Shown: positions 20,817-32,725, counted from the first letter of the stretch. The stretch is 64,000 nt of DNA from Gemmatimonadota bacterium (GCA_963666735.1 OY762926.1:544001-608000); one strand, 5' to 3'. Notes: generated by a model from the sequence alone, not told the origin. Numbers and translations: made by a program.

Positions 20817-20889
20817 CAGCCGCGAGATCCCTCGCGGCTTTCATCGGAAGGATCACCCAACACCGAAGGTCCAAGGAGGGACAGGCAAG

Positions 20890-21198
20890 ATGGCAACCGC
20901 CTCGAACACGAAACTGAACATCTCCCCCATGGCCGACCGCATCGTCGTCGCGCCGCTCGAAGAGACCGAGGAGATGCGCGGTGGTCTGTACATTCCGGAC
21001 ACCGCCAAGGAAAAGCCGCAGCAGGGCACCGTCGTCGCCGTGGGCCCCGGCCGCATGAACGACGACGGCGAACGCATCCCGATGGAAGTCGGCACCGGAG
21101 ACCGGGTTCTCTACGGCAAGTACGCCGGGACCGAGGTTTCGCTGGATGGTGACGACTACCTGATCGTGAAGGAAAGCGACGTTCTGGCCGTCCTCTAG
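20890..21198 (+). CDS. groES: co-chaperonin GroES
   Basis: PMADRIVV, GGLYIPDTAKEKPQQG, VAVGPG, KYAGTEV. Confidence 0.98.
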   Translation: MATASNTKLNISPMADRIVVAPLEETEEMRGGLYIPDTAKEKPQQGTVVAVGPGRMNDDGERIPMEVGTGDRVLYGKYAGTEVSLDGDDYLIVKESDVLAVL

Positions 21199-21251
21199 CC
21201 GCTGAAGCGGGAGACGGCGGGTCAAACCCGTTGACTGATGTGCCCGAATAA

Positions 21252-22913
<1,662 letters not shown>

Positions 22914-22971
22914 CAAGCCCGTGATGGGGACGGGAAGCCGTCCCCGCCGTTTCCGGTGTTGGAAGGCACGA

Positions 22972-22995
22972 AAGGCCCGGCTTCGGCCGGGCCTT
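22972..22995 (+). terminator. probable groEL terminator hairpin
   Basis: AAGGCCCGGC-TTCG-GCCGGGCCTT perfect stem with a UUCG loop; weak U-tract. Confidence 0.7.
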
Positions 22996-23030
22996 CGCGC
23001 ATCTGCCCCCCGCGGTTAGGATGTCGCGCG

Positions 23031-24926
23031 ATGCTGTTGCCCAGATTCGACTCCGGACCTCCCATGGCTCGCGCGGGCGTCGCGCGGAAGGCGCTGTGGA
23101 TCGCTGCCCTGGCGCCGCTGGCCTGCGCGGATGCGACGGGCCCCGACGGAGACCTCTGTCCCGCCGTGGCGGGGCGCGGCGCCACCCGCGTCACGCTGGC
23201 TCTCGCGGCGGGGGAGATGTGCGTGCTGCCGGCGGCAGGCGTCCAGGTCATGGAGATCGGGGCAGCCAACGCCTCGGCAGCGTATCTGATGGTCGTGCAG
23301 AGCGGCCTGCGCACGCCGGGGGCGACGACGCGGCTCCGGCTCGATGTCCGGGCGAGGGGGGCGGCGGCCGCACGGGTCCCCCCGCTCGTCGCTCCGGCAC
23401 GCGCGATGCCGGTCGACGAGTTCGGCGTCGATGACGACAGACTCGGCCTCGCGGAGGCGTCGCGGGCCGAACTCGCCTTCCGGGCGAATGCCCGCCGCGC
23501 CGTGCTCGGCGCGCGCCCGCTCCGCCAGGTGCCCGCCGGGGCGCGGGATCCGGGCATGGTGCGAGCGAACGCGGCCCTCGCCGGCACGACGGCCCCCTCG
23601 GTCGGCGACACGGTGATCTTCAGCAACGCGGTGCATCCGAATCTCGACGTGGACTGCGATGGGATCCACGACGTGACGGCGGTCGTCCGCGCGGTGGGCC
23701 CGACCTTCGCGGTCGTCGAGGATCTCGATGGGGCCGGCGTCGTGCGCGGCGGCGGTTACGATGCCGTTCTCGAATCGCTCGAACGATCGGTCTTCCCCGT
23801 GCTCTCGGCGTATTTCGGCGAGCCTGCGGATATCGACGGGAACGGCGTCGTCTGGGTCCTGTTCACGCCGGTCGTGAACCGGACCACGCCTCGCGGCAGC
23901 GACACCAGGATCCTGGGGTTCTTCAATCCGGCCGACCTGGCCGATCCCGAGGACTGCCCGGCGTCCAACGGCGGGGAGATCCTCTACCTGCTTGCCGCCG
24001 ATCCCGACGGCCGGTTCTCGAAGCCCGTACCCGCGAGATTCGCGACGACCGGGGCGATCGGGGTGGCCGCGCACGAACTGGCGCACCTCGTTTCGGCCGA
24101 ACGCCGCACGGTGCTGGCCCCGGGATCGTTCGCATCTCTCGAGGTCACCTGGCTGAGCGAGGCGCTGGCTCATTCGGCGGAGACGTTCGTCGGGATGTCG
24201 GGCGCGTCCCTGCGCCCCGGCGGCAACTACGGCTTCGCGCAACTCTCCGCCAATTCCGACCGCTTCGAAGCCTACCACTTCCCGAACCTCCGACGCTCCG
24301 CAATCTACCTGCTCGGTCCGCACCGGACCCCCGCGCTGGGTGACGCCAGGGCGCGCGACCCCGCAGGAGTGTCCTCGCTCGCGATGCGAGGCTTCGGGTG
24401 GCTCTTCCTGCGCTGGCTCGCGGATCAGTACGCGACGGAGGGCGGCGGACTGCTCGGCGGAGCGGCGGAGGAGGCCATCTTCCACGACCTGGCGGGAGGG
24501 GGGAACGGACGCGCGCGGGGCGCGGAGAACGTCGAGCGGGTCGCGTCGGCGTACGGCGGGCCGACCACGTGGGAAGACCTGCTGGCGGCCTGGGCCCTGG
24601 CCCCGATCGCCGACGACCGGCCCGGCGCTCCCCCCTCGAGCCAGGTGAAGACATTGCATCTTCGGGATGTGTTCGCCGCCCTGCACCGGGAACTGGACGG
24701 GAAGGCTCCCTTTGCGAGCGCTTTCCCGCTCCGGGCGATGGACGTTCCGCTCGCCGCCGGGACGGATGCCCGAATCGACTTCGAACTCGGCGCCTCGACG
24801 GGATATTATCTGCAGCTTGAGAGCGAGGGGCCACACCCGGAGATCCGCCTGGATCTCACGACCCGGGCCGGGCTTTCCATCCCCTCGTCCGAGGCCGTCC
24901 GCATCGTCGTGCTCCGGACTCGTTGA
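23031..24926 (+). CDS. lipoprotein zinc metallopeptidase, HExxH gluzincin (M30-like), paralog 1
   Basis: Lipobox PLA-C, YFGEPADIDGNG, CPASNGGEILY, AHELAHL...WLSEALAH. Start 23031 or 23064. Confidence 0.8.
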   Translation: MLLPRFDSGPPMARAGVARKALWIAALAPLACADATGPDGDLCPAVAGRGATRVTLALAAGEMCVLPAAGVQVMEIGAANASAAYLMVVQSGLRTPGATTRLRLDVRARGAAAARVPPLVAPARAMPVDEFGVDDDRLGLAEASRAELAFRANARRAVLGARPLRQVPAGARDPGMVRANAALAGTTAPSVGDTVIFSNAVHPNLDVDCDGIHDVTAVVRAVGPTFAVVEDLDGAGVVRGGGYDAVLESLERSVFPVLSAYFGEPADIDGNGVVWVLFTPVVNRTTPRGSDTRILGFFNPADLADPEDCPASNGGEILYLLAADPDGRFSKPVPARFATTGAIGVAAHELAHLVSAERRTVLAPGSFASLEVTWLSEALAHSAETFVGMSGASLRPGGNYGFAQLSANSDRFEAYHFPNLRRSAIYLLGPHRTPALGDARARDPAGVSSLAMRGFGWLFLRWLADQYATEGGGLLGGAAEEAIFHDLAGGGNGRARGAENVERVASAYGGPTTWEDLLAAWALAPIADDRPGAPPSSQVKTLHLRDVFAALHRELDGKAPFASAFPLRAMDVPLAAGTDARIDFELGASTGYYLQLESEGPHPEIRLDLTTRAGLSIPSSEAVRIVVLRTR

Positions 24927-25043
24927 CCTCGCGGAGGCCGGGGGGGCGCGCGAGCGCTTCGTCCGTCTTCTCGGGCACGGATCCTGAAGGGCGGGTATCT
25001 TGGCCTCGGGAGGGGCCGGCCGGTCCCGGGAGTCGGCCGTCGC

Positions 25044-27023
25044 ATGGACCGTGGCAGGGAGATCGACTGTGAGACACGCATGCTGAGACTGTGCGGCAGG
25101 GTGCCGCGTCAGGGTGTCGCGATCTCCGGTCTCGCGCTCGCGGCTTGCGGCGGCGGCACGACGGACCCGCCACCGCCACCGCCGCCTCCTCCGCTCGCCA
25201 CGGGGTGCGGAGGGGCGGCCACGCCGTCCGTGTCCGTCACGCTGGACCTGGCCCCCGGCCAGCACGTCACGCTCGACAACCCCGGGGATGTGCGCGCCTT
25301 CAGGCTGGCTGGCGCCGACTCGCCCCGCGACTACCAGGTCATCGTGCAGAGCGCTTCCCAGGCGCCCGGCCAGCGCGTAGACGGCTGCATACGTGTTCGC
25401 GCCGAGCGCGCCTCCGGGAACGTGACCCCGCTCAACGCGCCCCGTCTCACGCCTGCGAGCGGAGACCTGAGCCGCGACCTTCGCCGGCGGGCGTCCTGGT
25501 TCGCGCGGGAGCGCCTTCTTCGGGAGCGGGATCTCCAGGAACTCGCCGCGGTCGGCGCCCAGCCGCTACGGCCCGGAACTCGGGGGCTCGATCCTCTGAA
25601 GCTGGCCGATGCGCTGCGGCCGCCGGACCTTGGGGACACCCTGTCCTTCAGGGTCGGGGTGGGCGCGAACCTGGTCGTGAACTGCCGCAATCCGACGATG
25701 GTCACGGGTGAGGTCAGGTACGCCGGAGAGCACTTCACCATCGTCGAAGACCTCCAGTTCCACGATCAGCCGGACAGCGACCGGTTCTCGCCGGACGAGT
25801 TCGAAGCGATCGGCCGGCAGCTGGACGACGTCGTGTATCCGATGGATGTCGCCTACTTCGGCGAACCCGCGGACATCGACGACAACGGGACCGTCTTCGC
25901 CCTCATCACGGCCGAGGTGAACAAGCTCACGCCCGCCGGCGAGCAGAGCGTCGTCGCCGGCTTCTTCCTGGCGCGCGATCTTACGGCGAGATCGAGTTGT
26001 GAGGCCTCGAACGAAGGGGAGATCTTCTATCTCGTGGGTCCGGATCCGGACGAGGACTTCGGCGCGGACATCAGCCTCAGCTTCGCGAACGCGCTCGCGC
26101 GGTCGACCGTCGCGCACGAGTTCGCCCACCTCCTCAACACCCAGCAGCGCGTCACGCTCGGGGGCGGGAACATCTTCGGCGACCGAGAGGTGGCATGGCT
26201 CGATGAAGGGATGGCCCACCTTGCCGAGGAGATCGCCGGCCTCCGCGCCGCGGGCCTCGGGACGAGGGCGAACCTCGATCTGGACATGATCACGTCGAGC
26301 GAGGAACAACTCGCCATCTACAACCATTATCACGTCGTGAATCAGATTCGCCTCGGCCGCTTCCTTCGGGGCGGCTGTCCGACGCCGGACCCCAACGGCC
26401 CGGCGGCGACCCGGGTGCTCGGGGACGCCGCCGGCGAAGATCCGGGAGGAGTGGAATCCCTCGCCTTCCGTGGTTTCGGGTACGGGTTCGCACGCTGGCT
26501 GGGCGACCAGTTCGGGCCGTCCGGGAGCGGGGGAGCGCTGCCCGGCGGCAGGGAAGACGAACTGTTTCGGTATCTGACCTCGGGCGGGCCCGCGCACTTC
26601 AAGGGCATCACCAACGTCGAGCGTACGCTCCAGGCCGTGGCCGGCGTGGAGATGGAGTGGGACGAGCTCCTCTCGCTGTACCTCACATCTCTCATCGCCG
26701 ACGACCGCGCGCCGGCCGCCGCGGATCCCCGGACGCAGTGGAGGACCTGGAATCTCCCGGGGCTGTACCGACAGCTGAGCGAATCCAATCTCGGAGACAA
26801 CTGCCCGTTCACCCGCGACTTCCCGCTCACGCCCTCGAGGGTGAATGTCCATGTATCGACGAGCAGCTCGACCGAGTTCACCGTGAACTCCTCCACCGGG
26901 CGCTACTTGTCGCTCGTGAGCTCGGGCGCGACGCCCGGCCTGGTCGTCGAGGTCATGGACCCGGCCGGAGCCAACCTCCCCGGACGGGCGCGGGCGCAGG
27001 TCACCGTGCTCCGGATGCGCTGA
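25044..27023 (+). CDS. lipoprotein zinc metallopeptidase, HExxH gluzincin (M30-like), paralog 2
   Basis: Lipobox LAA-C plus poly-Pro linker, YFGEPADIDDNG, CEASNEGEIFY, AHEFAHL...WLDEGMAH. Confidence 0.82.
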   Translation: MDRGREIDCETRMLRLCGRVPRQGVAISGLALAACGGGTTDPPPPPPPPPLATGCGGAATPSVSVTLDLAPGQHVTLDNPGDVRAFRLAGADSPRDYQVIVQSASQAPGQRVDGCIRVRAERASGNVTPLNAPRLTPASGDLSRDLRRRASWFARERLLRERDLQELAAVGAQPLRPGTRGLDPLKLADALRPPDLGDTLSFRVGVGANLVVNCRNPTMVTGEVRYAGEHFTIVEDLQFHDQPDSDRFSPDEFEAIGRQLDDVVYPMDVAYFGEPADIDDNGTVFALITAEVNKLTPAGEQSVVAGFFLARDLTARSSCEASNEGEIFYLVGPDPDEDFGADISLSFANALARSTVAHEFAHLLNTQQRVTLGGGNIFGDREVAWLDEGMAHLAEEIAGLRAAGLGTRANLDLDMITSSEEQLAIYNHYHVVNQIRLGRFLRGGCPTPDPNGPAATRVLGDAAGEDPGGVESLAFRGFGYGFARWLGDQFGPSGSGGALPGGREDELFRYLTSGGPAHFKGITNVERTLQAVAGVEMEWDELLSLYLTSLIADDRAPAAADPRTQWRTWNLPGLYRQLSESNLGDNCPFTRDFPLTPSRVNVHVSTSSSTEFTVNSSTGRYLSLVSSGATPGLVVEVMDPAGANLPGRARAQVTVLRMR

Positions 27024-28847
27024 ACGGCGGCCGGGGGCTGCGGCGGCGAAGGGGGACCCACGTCTCCTCCACCGCCCGGACCGCCGCCTCCGCCGCCCGG
27101 ACCGACGATCGGGGCCTCGCTCAACCTGCGTCCGGGAGAGGTCCACGTACTCTCCGAACGCGACGCGATCCGCGCATTCGAGATTCAGGGGGCGGCGGAA
27201 GGGCGCGAGTACCAGGTGATCGTGATGAGTGCGTCGCTTTCGGAGGGACGCACGACTCCCCTGCGCGTCAGAGCCCGAGCGGACGACGTGAGCCCGAACG
27301 TCGTCCCGAACCCGCGGACGAACCGCAGCGGAAGGGATGCCGCGATCCCGCCGGCTCGCGGGCTTGCCGGCCTCTCCGGCGAACCGCGCCCCGACCGGGA
27401 CTGGCATCTGCGGCAGATGATCGAGACGGAACGCGAGTTGCGCCGCCTCCGCGCCCGCCCCGCCGAGGGGATCGGCCGGGCTTCGCGCGGGCTCGCGGCG
27501 GCCGTCTCCGACGTCCCCCAGGTGGGTGACACGCTCACGGTCAGATCCGCCATCGTGCCTGGAGGAGGCGTCCAGTGCACGGCGAACACGCCGATCAAGT
27601 CGACGGTGCGGACCGTCGGCGAGAACTTCATCATCGTCGAGGACGATCGACTCGCCGGCCGGTTCACGGAGGAGGACTACGCCGACCTCGACCGGGAACT
27701 CGATGAATTCATCGCCCCGGTAAGCCACGAGTATTTCGGCGAGCCGGAAGATCTGGACGGCAACCAGCGCGTCATCGCCTTCTTCACCGGAGAGGTGAAC
27801 CGTCTCAGCGAGCCCGAGAGCGGGAGCGTCGTCATCGGCTTCCACTGGATCGGGAATCTTTTCGAGCGCGAGAACTGCCCGGCGAGCAACGAGGCCGAGA
27901 TCATCTGGCTGATCGGTCCGGACCCGGATGCCGAGTTCGGTATCGAGATCGGCGCGGATTTCGTGAAGCGAGTCGCCCGCAGCCTGGTCGCGCACGAATA
28001 CCAGCACCTTCTCAACGCCTCGCAGCGCCTGGGGGGGCAGCGCGGCCAGGACACGTGGGGTAACGCCGACCTGTGGGTCAACGAGGGCCTGTCGCACGTG
28101 GCGGAGGAAGTCACCGGCTTCTACCGGCAGGGACTGCGCGTACGCGGGAACTACGGGTACACGGAACTGATCGCCGGCGATCCCGGCCTTGTGGCGTTCC
28201 GCGATTTCTTCGAAGGCAATCTGGAAAACGCTCGCGAATACCTCTCCGCCCCGACCGAATTCAACCCGCTCGCGCTGAACAACAACACGCTCGACTTCGC
28301 GACGCGCGGCTGGGGATATGTCTTCGTGCGCTGGTTCGGCGACCGTTACGGGCCGGCCGGACCGGGCGGGATCGTCGCCGGGTCGGGCGAGGCGGCCCTC
28401 TACCGGGAACTCGCGGTCGGCGGCCCCGGCTTTCTGTTCGGATACGAGAACTTCCTCCGCGCGGCGGAGGTGGCCGGAGGCGAGACGACGACTTGGGGCG
28501 ACGTTCTGGCCGAGCACTTCGCGGCTTCGGCCGCGGACGACGCACACGAGGCGCTCCCGGACGGGGCCCAGTTCTCGACATGGAACTGGCCGCGACTGTG
28601 GGAGGAACTGCGGACTGCCGGGGTCCGGGGATTGACCGGAGGCGACCCGCTCCGGCGCCGCATCATCCAGATGGGGGCGGGCGTGTCGTCGACGGACGAG
28701 TTCGATCTCGGTTCCTCGACGGCCCGTTACTACCATCTGCGGGCGGCGGGCGGCCATCCCTCGATGATCGTGGAGACGACCATCGCCTCCGGCGGCAACG
28801 TTCCCAACAGCGCGGAGGCGCGCATCATCGTCGTTCGTACGCGTTGA
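27024..28847 (+). CDS. zinc metallopeptidase, HExxH gluzincin (M30-like), paralog 3; no start codon or signal peptide for its N-terminal part
   Basis: YFGEPEDLDGNQ, CPASNEAEIIW, AHEYQHL...WVNEGLSH. Homology to paralog 2 extends upstream of the first start codon (GTG 27216) right back to the previous stop. Confidence 0.75.
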   Translation, partial: TAAGGCGGEGGPTSPPPPGPPPPPPGPTIGASLNLRPGEVHVLSERDAIRAFEIQGAAEGREYQVIVMSASLSEGRTTPLRVRARADDVSPNVVPNPRTNRSGRDAAIPPARGLAGLSGEPRPDRDWHLRQMIETERELRRLRARPAEGIGRASRGLAAAVSDVPQVGDTLTVRSAIVPGGGVQCTANTPIKSTVRTVGENFIIVEDDRLAGRFTEEDYADLDRELDEFIAPVSHEYFGEPEDLDGNQRVIAFFTGEVNRLSEPESGSVVIGFHWIGNLFERENCPASNEAEIIWLIGPDPDAEFGIEIGADFVKRVARSLVAHEYQHLLNASQRLGGQRGQDTWGNADLWVNEGLSHVAEEVTGFYRQGLRVRGNYGYTELIAGDPGLVAFRDFFEGNLENAREYLSAPTEFNPLALNNNTLDFATRGWGYVFVRWFGDRYGPAGPGGIVAGSGEAALYRELAVGGPGFLFGYENFLRAAEVAGGETTTWGDVLAEHFAASAADDAHEALPDGAQFSTWNWPRLWEELRTAGVRGLTGGDPLRRRIIQMGAGVSSTDEFDLGSSTARYYHLRAAGGHPSMIVETTIASGGNVPNSAEARIIVVRTR

Positions 28848-28903
28848 TCCGTCAGGACCGGCGCGGCGTCCGCCATCTCGTGGCCGTCGCGCCGGGCCCT
28901 CGT

Positions 28904-28932
28904 TTGGCGATCCGCGGACCCCGCCCTAGCTT
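28904..28932 (+). promoter_or_regulatory. putative thrS promoter
   Basis: TTGGCG-17 nt-TAGCTT. Confidence 0.45.
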
Positions 28933-28986
28933 CCGCGTCCACCGAGAGTCGGAGTCCAATCGAATCGTGCATCGACGGGTAGGCCG

Positions 28987-30930
28987 ATGAACGAACCCCA
29001 GATTTCCATTACGCTCCCCGACGGATCCCCGAAGCGGCTGCCTCGCGGCGCCAGCGCCGGCGATCTTGCCGCGGCGATCGGTCCGGGGCTGGCCCGGGCC
29101 GCCGTGGCCGCGCGCGTGAACGGCGTGCTCACGGATCTTTCGGCCGCCCTTCCGGACGGGGCGGAAGTCGCGATCGTGACGCGCAGCGACGAAGACCCCG
29201 ACGCGCTCTACGTGCTTCGGCATTCCGCGGCGCACGCGCTTGCCACCGCCGTGCGCGAACGGTATCCGGGGGCGGGGATCGGTTTCGGCCCTCCGATCGA
29301 CGATGGCTTCTACTACGACTTCGAGGTTCCGGCGCCCTTCACGCCGGAGGACCTGGAAGAGATCGAGCGCGCGATGGCCGAAGTCGCGGGGGCGGACGAT
29401 CCGTTCGAGCGCCGCGAGGTCGAGCGCGATGAAGCTCTGGAACTCTTTTCGGACGACCCGCTCAAGCTGGAGCGGCTGGACGAGATTCCGGAGGGCGAGG
29501 CGATTTCCGTCTATCGGAACGGGCCGTTCCTCGACCTGTGCCGCGGGCCGCACGCTCCCCGCACCGGTGAGATCCGACACTTCCGGATTCTGAACGCCGC
29601 GGGGGCCTATTGGCGCGGCGACGAGCGGCGGCAGATGCTCCAGCGCATCTATGGCACAGCTTTCTACTCGCGGGAGGCGCTCGAGGCCTACATCACCCGC
29701 CTCGAGGAGGTCCGCAAGCGCGATCACCGGAAGCTGGGCAGGGAACTGGACCTGTTCTCCATCCAGGACGAGATCGGGCCCGGGCTCGTGTGCTGGCACC
29801 CCAAGGGCGCGCGCGTGCAACTCGAGCTGAGGCGCTGGATCGAAGATCTGCAGGAGGCGCACGGCTACGAGTTCGTCTACACGCCGCACGTCTCCAGCGA
29901 GGCGCTCTTCCGGCGCTCCGGGCACCTTCCGAACTACGCCGAGAACATGTACCCCCGGATGGAGGACGAGGACGGCGAAGCGTTCCGCGTGAAGCCGATG
30001 AACTGTCCGGGACACATCACGATCTACGCGGCGCAACCCCGCAGCTACCGCGACCTTCCCGTGCGGTTGTCCGAGGTCGCGAACGTGTACCGCTACGAAC
30101 GGTCCGGGACGCTCCACGGTTTGCTGCGCGTGCGCATGCTCACCATGGACGACGGGCACGTCTTCTGTACGCCGGACCAGATCGAGGACGAGATCTTCAT
30201 CTGCCTGAAGCTGGTCGACACCGTGATGACGACGCTGGGCCTCGACTACCGGTTCGATCTCTCGACGCGACCCGACGGGGACAAGCGGATCGGCGGCGAC
30301 GAGGTGTGGGATGTGGCCGAGGGCGCCCTGCGCGACGCGCTGGAGCGCGGAGGACTCGACTACGAACTGGACGAGGGCGGGGGCGCGTTCTACGGCCCGA
30401 AGATCGACATCAAGTACAGGGACGCGATCGGTCGCGAGTGGCAGGGCGCCACGATCCAGCTCGACTTCAACCTGCCCGACCGCTTCGAACTCGAGTACAT
30501 GGGGACGGACAACAAGCCGCACCGCCCCGTGATGATCCACCGCGCCATCTTCGGCACCCTGGAGCGCTTCACGGGCGTGCTCATCGAGCATTTTGCGGGC
30601 GCCTTCCCGCCTTGGCTCGCGCCCGTGCAGGTGCGGATCCTGCCGATCACCGACGCGCACGCGCCGCCGGCCGAGGAGATCCGGGACCGCCTCGCCGCCG
30701 AAGGCCTGCGCGTGGAGCTCGACGCCCGCTCCGACACGCTCGGCTACCGTATCCGCGACGGTGAACTGCAGAAGGTCCCCTACCTGCTCGTCGTCGGAGA
30801 CCGCGAAATCGAGGCCGGCACCGTCGCCGTCCGCGCCCGCGGCGCGACGCGGAAGCAGGAAGTCGTCCCCCTGGACGATTTCATCACCCGCATCCGCGAC
30901 AGAGTTTCGGCCCGCAGCTTGGAACCGTAG
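28987..30930 (+). CDS. thrS: threonine--tRNA ligase
   Basis: RHSAAH, DLCRGPH, RDHRKLG, KPMNCPGH, YRYERSG, AFYGPKID, IHRAIFG. Confidence 0.99.
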   Translation: MNEPQISITLPDGSPKRLPRGASAGDLAAAIGPGLARAAVAARVNGVLTDLSAALPDGAEVAIVTRSDEDPDALYVLRHSAAHALATAVRERYPGAGIGFGPPIDDGFYYDFEVPAPFTPEDLEEIERAMAEVAGADDPFERREVERDEALELFSDDPLKLERLDEIPEGEAISVYRNGPFLDLCRGPHAPRTGEIRHFRILNAAGAYWRGDERRQMLQRIYGTAFYSREALEAYITRLEEVRKRDHRKLGRELDLFSIQDEIGPGLVCWHPKGARVQLELRRWIEDLQEAHGYEFVYTPHVSSEALFRRSGHLPNYAENMYPRMEDEDGEAFRVKPMNCPGHITIYAAQPRSYRDLPVRLSEVANVYRYERSGTLHGLLRVRMLTMDDGHVFCTPDQIEDEIFICLKLVDTVMTTLGLDYRFDLSTRPDGDKRIGGDEVWDVAEGALRDALERGGLDYELDEGGGAFYGPKIDIKYRDAIGREWQGATIQLDFNLPDRFELEYMGTDNKPHRPVMIHRAIFGTLERFTGVLIEHFAGAFPPWLAPVQVRILPITDAHAPPAEEIRDRLAAEGLRVELDARSDTLGYRIRDGELQKVPYLLVVGDREIEAGTVAVRARGATRKQEVVPLDDFITRIRDRVSARSLEP

Positions 30931-31014
30931 CACTTCGACTTGAAGATCTGTCCTGGGATTTCAGCGGACGATCTTCGGGACGTTCGAAAGCGGTCGAGTG
31001 GTCCAGACGGGCTT

Positions 31015-32352
31015 TCACCGCACCTCGACGGGCAGCCTCCTCACCACCACGCGGGACACGTCGAACTCGCCAATTTCGATGAACGCCGCCAACCCGTTCG
31101 GGCCGAAGGAGTCCGGCATCGCGGTCGCGCCAGAGGGATACGTTCCGACGTACTCGCCCGCTGCGGTCATGACGTCGATCGGTCCGTCGCCGATCAATTC
31201 GTCTCCCTGACGCATCACCCAGATCCGGCCTTCCCAAGTGGTGGAGAGGTTCCGCAGAACGGGAATCTCGTGATAGAAGGGCGGGTCTGCCAAGGTGAAG
31301 GAGGGCAGCTGCGAAAGTGACGCTGGCGAAGGCGGTGTCCCGCTGGAACCGCTCAGTATCGAAATGGCGTTCTGGGCGCGCTCGCCCCTCAGTTCCCTGT
31401 ATCGCTCTTCGATCCTCGGCGTCACGGGCTCGGGCCGAAGGGGCCGCGTGATGATTCGTGCCACGCTCCCCGTCGTTGAGGCAATCTTCAACGCATACGC
31501 CGAGGAGTCCGAATAGACGGTGCGGCCGTCCGGAAGAACGCCCATCAGAAGTTCGGGCTCGAAGGTCGATGGCCTCGCGACGCCGCCCAGCATCTGATTG
31601 AGGTCGGCACTGCTGCCCTCGAGCGGGACGTTGGAGGGACCTTCGAAGAGGTTGACCGCTTCGCGCGGGGGGAGCCAGGCCCGCACCACCGTGTCGGCCT
31701 CGATGGTTTCGGCGCCGAGGTCCAGGCGCGTAATGGGCCTGTTGGCGGGCTGGTCGGCCCCGGCTCCGCCGATGCTCATCGACATACCCCACCACGCGGC
31801 ATACACCGCGCCGCCCCGAGGATCGGGTTGAATGGGCGCCGAAGCCCTTATGCTGGCGCCCATGAAGGCACCTCCCCCATCCCCCGGCGCTTCCGATGGA
31901 GATCGCACCATTCGCACGAACTCCCCCGACGGATCGAAGATCTGGTAGGCCGCGTGACCCATGTCGCTCACGATGGTCGTGCCATCCCGCCAGACGGCGT
32001 AATTCATGGGCATGTGGAACTCACCCGGCCCCTGACCGGAGCGACCGAACTCTCGGACAAAAGCGCCGGTTGCGTCGAACACCAGGACGCGTAGTCCGGA
32101 GAACATCCCCCCGGCGCCGTCGAACACGTACAGGTTGCCCTGTGCGTCGAACGCCACATGACTCACATGGCCGAGCATCTCCCAGGATTCCCCCTCAATC
32201 GCGCCGATCCGATAGACCTCGTCAAAGTCGGGGTCGATCCGTTGATCCCGGCCCGTGACTTCGACGATCTCCTGAGCGAGGAGAGCAGGGTGCGCGGCAA
32301 GGACGGCCACAAGAAGGGCCGAAGAGATAGGTAAGAACCTGCTGGCCTGCAT
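31015..32352 (-). CDS. secreted 6-bladed beta-propeller (NHL-like) protein
   Basis: RBS GGAGAG and signal peptide [20 protein letters not shown]. Blade motifs [42 protein letters not shown]. Confidence 0.82.
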   Translation of the reverse strand: MQASRFLPISSALLVAVLAAHPALLAQEIVEVTGRDQRIDPDFDEVYRIGAIEGESWEMLGHVSHVAFDAQGNLYVFDGAGGMFSGLRVLVFDATGAFVREFGRSGQGPGEFHMPMNYAVWRDGTTIVSDMGHAAYQIFDPSGEFVRMVRSPSEAPGDGGGAFMGASIRASAPIQPDPRGGAVYAAWWGMSMSIGGAGADQPANRPITRLDLGAETIEADTVVRAWLPPREAVNLFEGPSNVPLEGSSADLNQMLGGVARPSTFEPELLMGVLPDGRTVYSDSSAYALKIASTTGSVARIITRPLRPEPVTPRIEERYRELRGERAQNAISILSGSSGTPPSPASLSQLPSFTLADPPFYHEIPVLRNLSTTWEGRIWVMRQGDELIGDGPIDVMTAAGEYVGTYPSGATAMPDSFGPNGLAAFIEIGEFDVSRVVVRRLPVEVR

Positions 32353-32545
32353 CGTGATTCTCTCCAGTGAGTCGGATGTGGGAGTTGCGGTGGACCACGT
32401 CACGATACCGTCGATTGGACGCTCTGTCGCGGGATGAGGTTGCCCAACACAGTGTGCCCGAATCGCCACGACCGCCCAGCGTCCGGCTGCCGGTGACGGC
32501 CGGGCTCGGAGCGTCGCCGGGAAGACTCTCCCTGACTGGTCGTCG

Positions 32546-32574
32546 TTGACATGAGGGCCTCCCGGGGGCACTTT
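32546..32574 (+). promoter_or_regulatory. sigma70-type promoter of the infC operon
   Basis: TTGACA-17 nt-CACTTT. Confidence 0.6.
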
Positions 32575-32584
32575 CCCCGACGTT

Positions 32585-32725
32585 GAAAAAGCAGACAAGC
32601 GGGGCCGCGATGCCCCCACCCTATCGGCGCACGGAATCGTGCTGCTGCCGGGTCGATGGCGCACTCCCCGCGAGGGACGTGCCTTCGCGCCCGGTCGGCA
32701 ATCGCCGATGCGGGCTTTCTTATTT
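32585..32725 (+). promoter_or_regulatory. candidate structured leader of infC-rpmI-rplT (L20 leader-like)
   Basis: Long 5' UTR with GCAA-capped hairpins ending gcccggtcggcaatcgccgatgcgggc-tttctt. Position matches known L20 autoregulatory leaders; family not verified. Confidence 0.45.

Noticed and set aside
27021..27060. Selenocysteine recoding of the TGA between peptidase paralogs 2 and 3
   Set aside because: Only a tiny gcggcc-ggg-ggctgc hairpin follows, too close to the UGA for a typical bacterial SECIS, and the TGA aligns with the natural C-termini of the other paralogs.
30931..31000. attC-like integron site beside the inserted propeller gene
   Set aside because: The imperfect palindrome lacks RYYYAAC/GTTRRRY ends, and there is no integron integrase.
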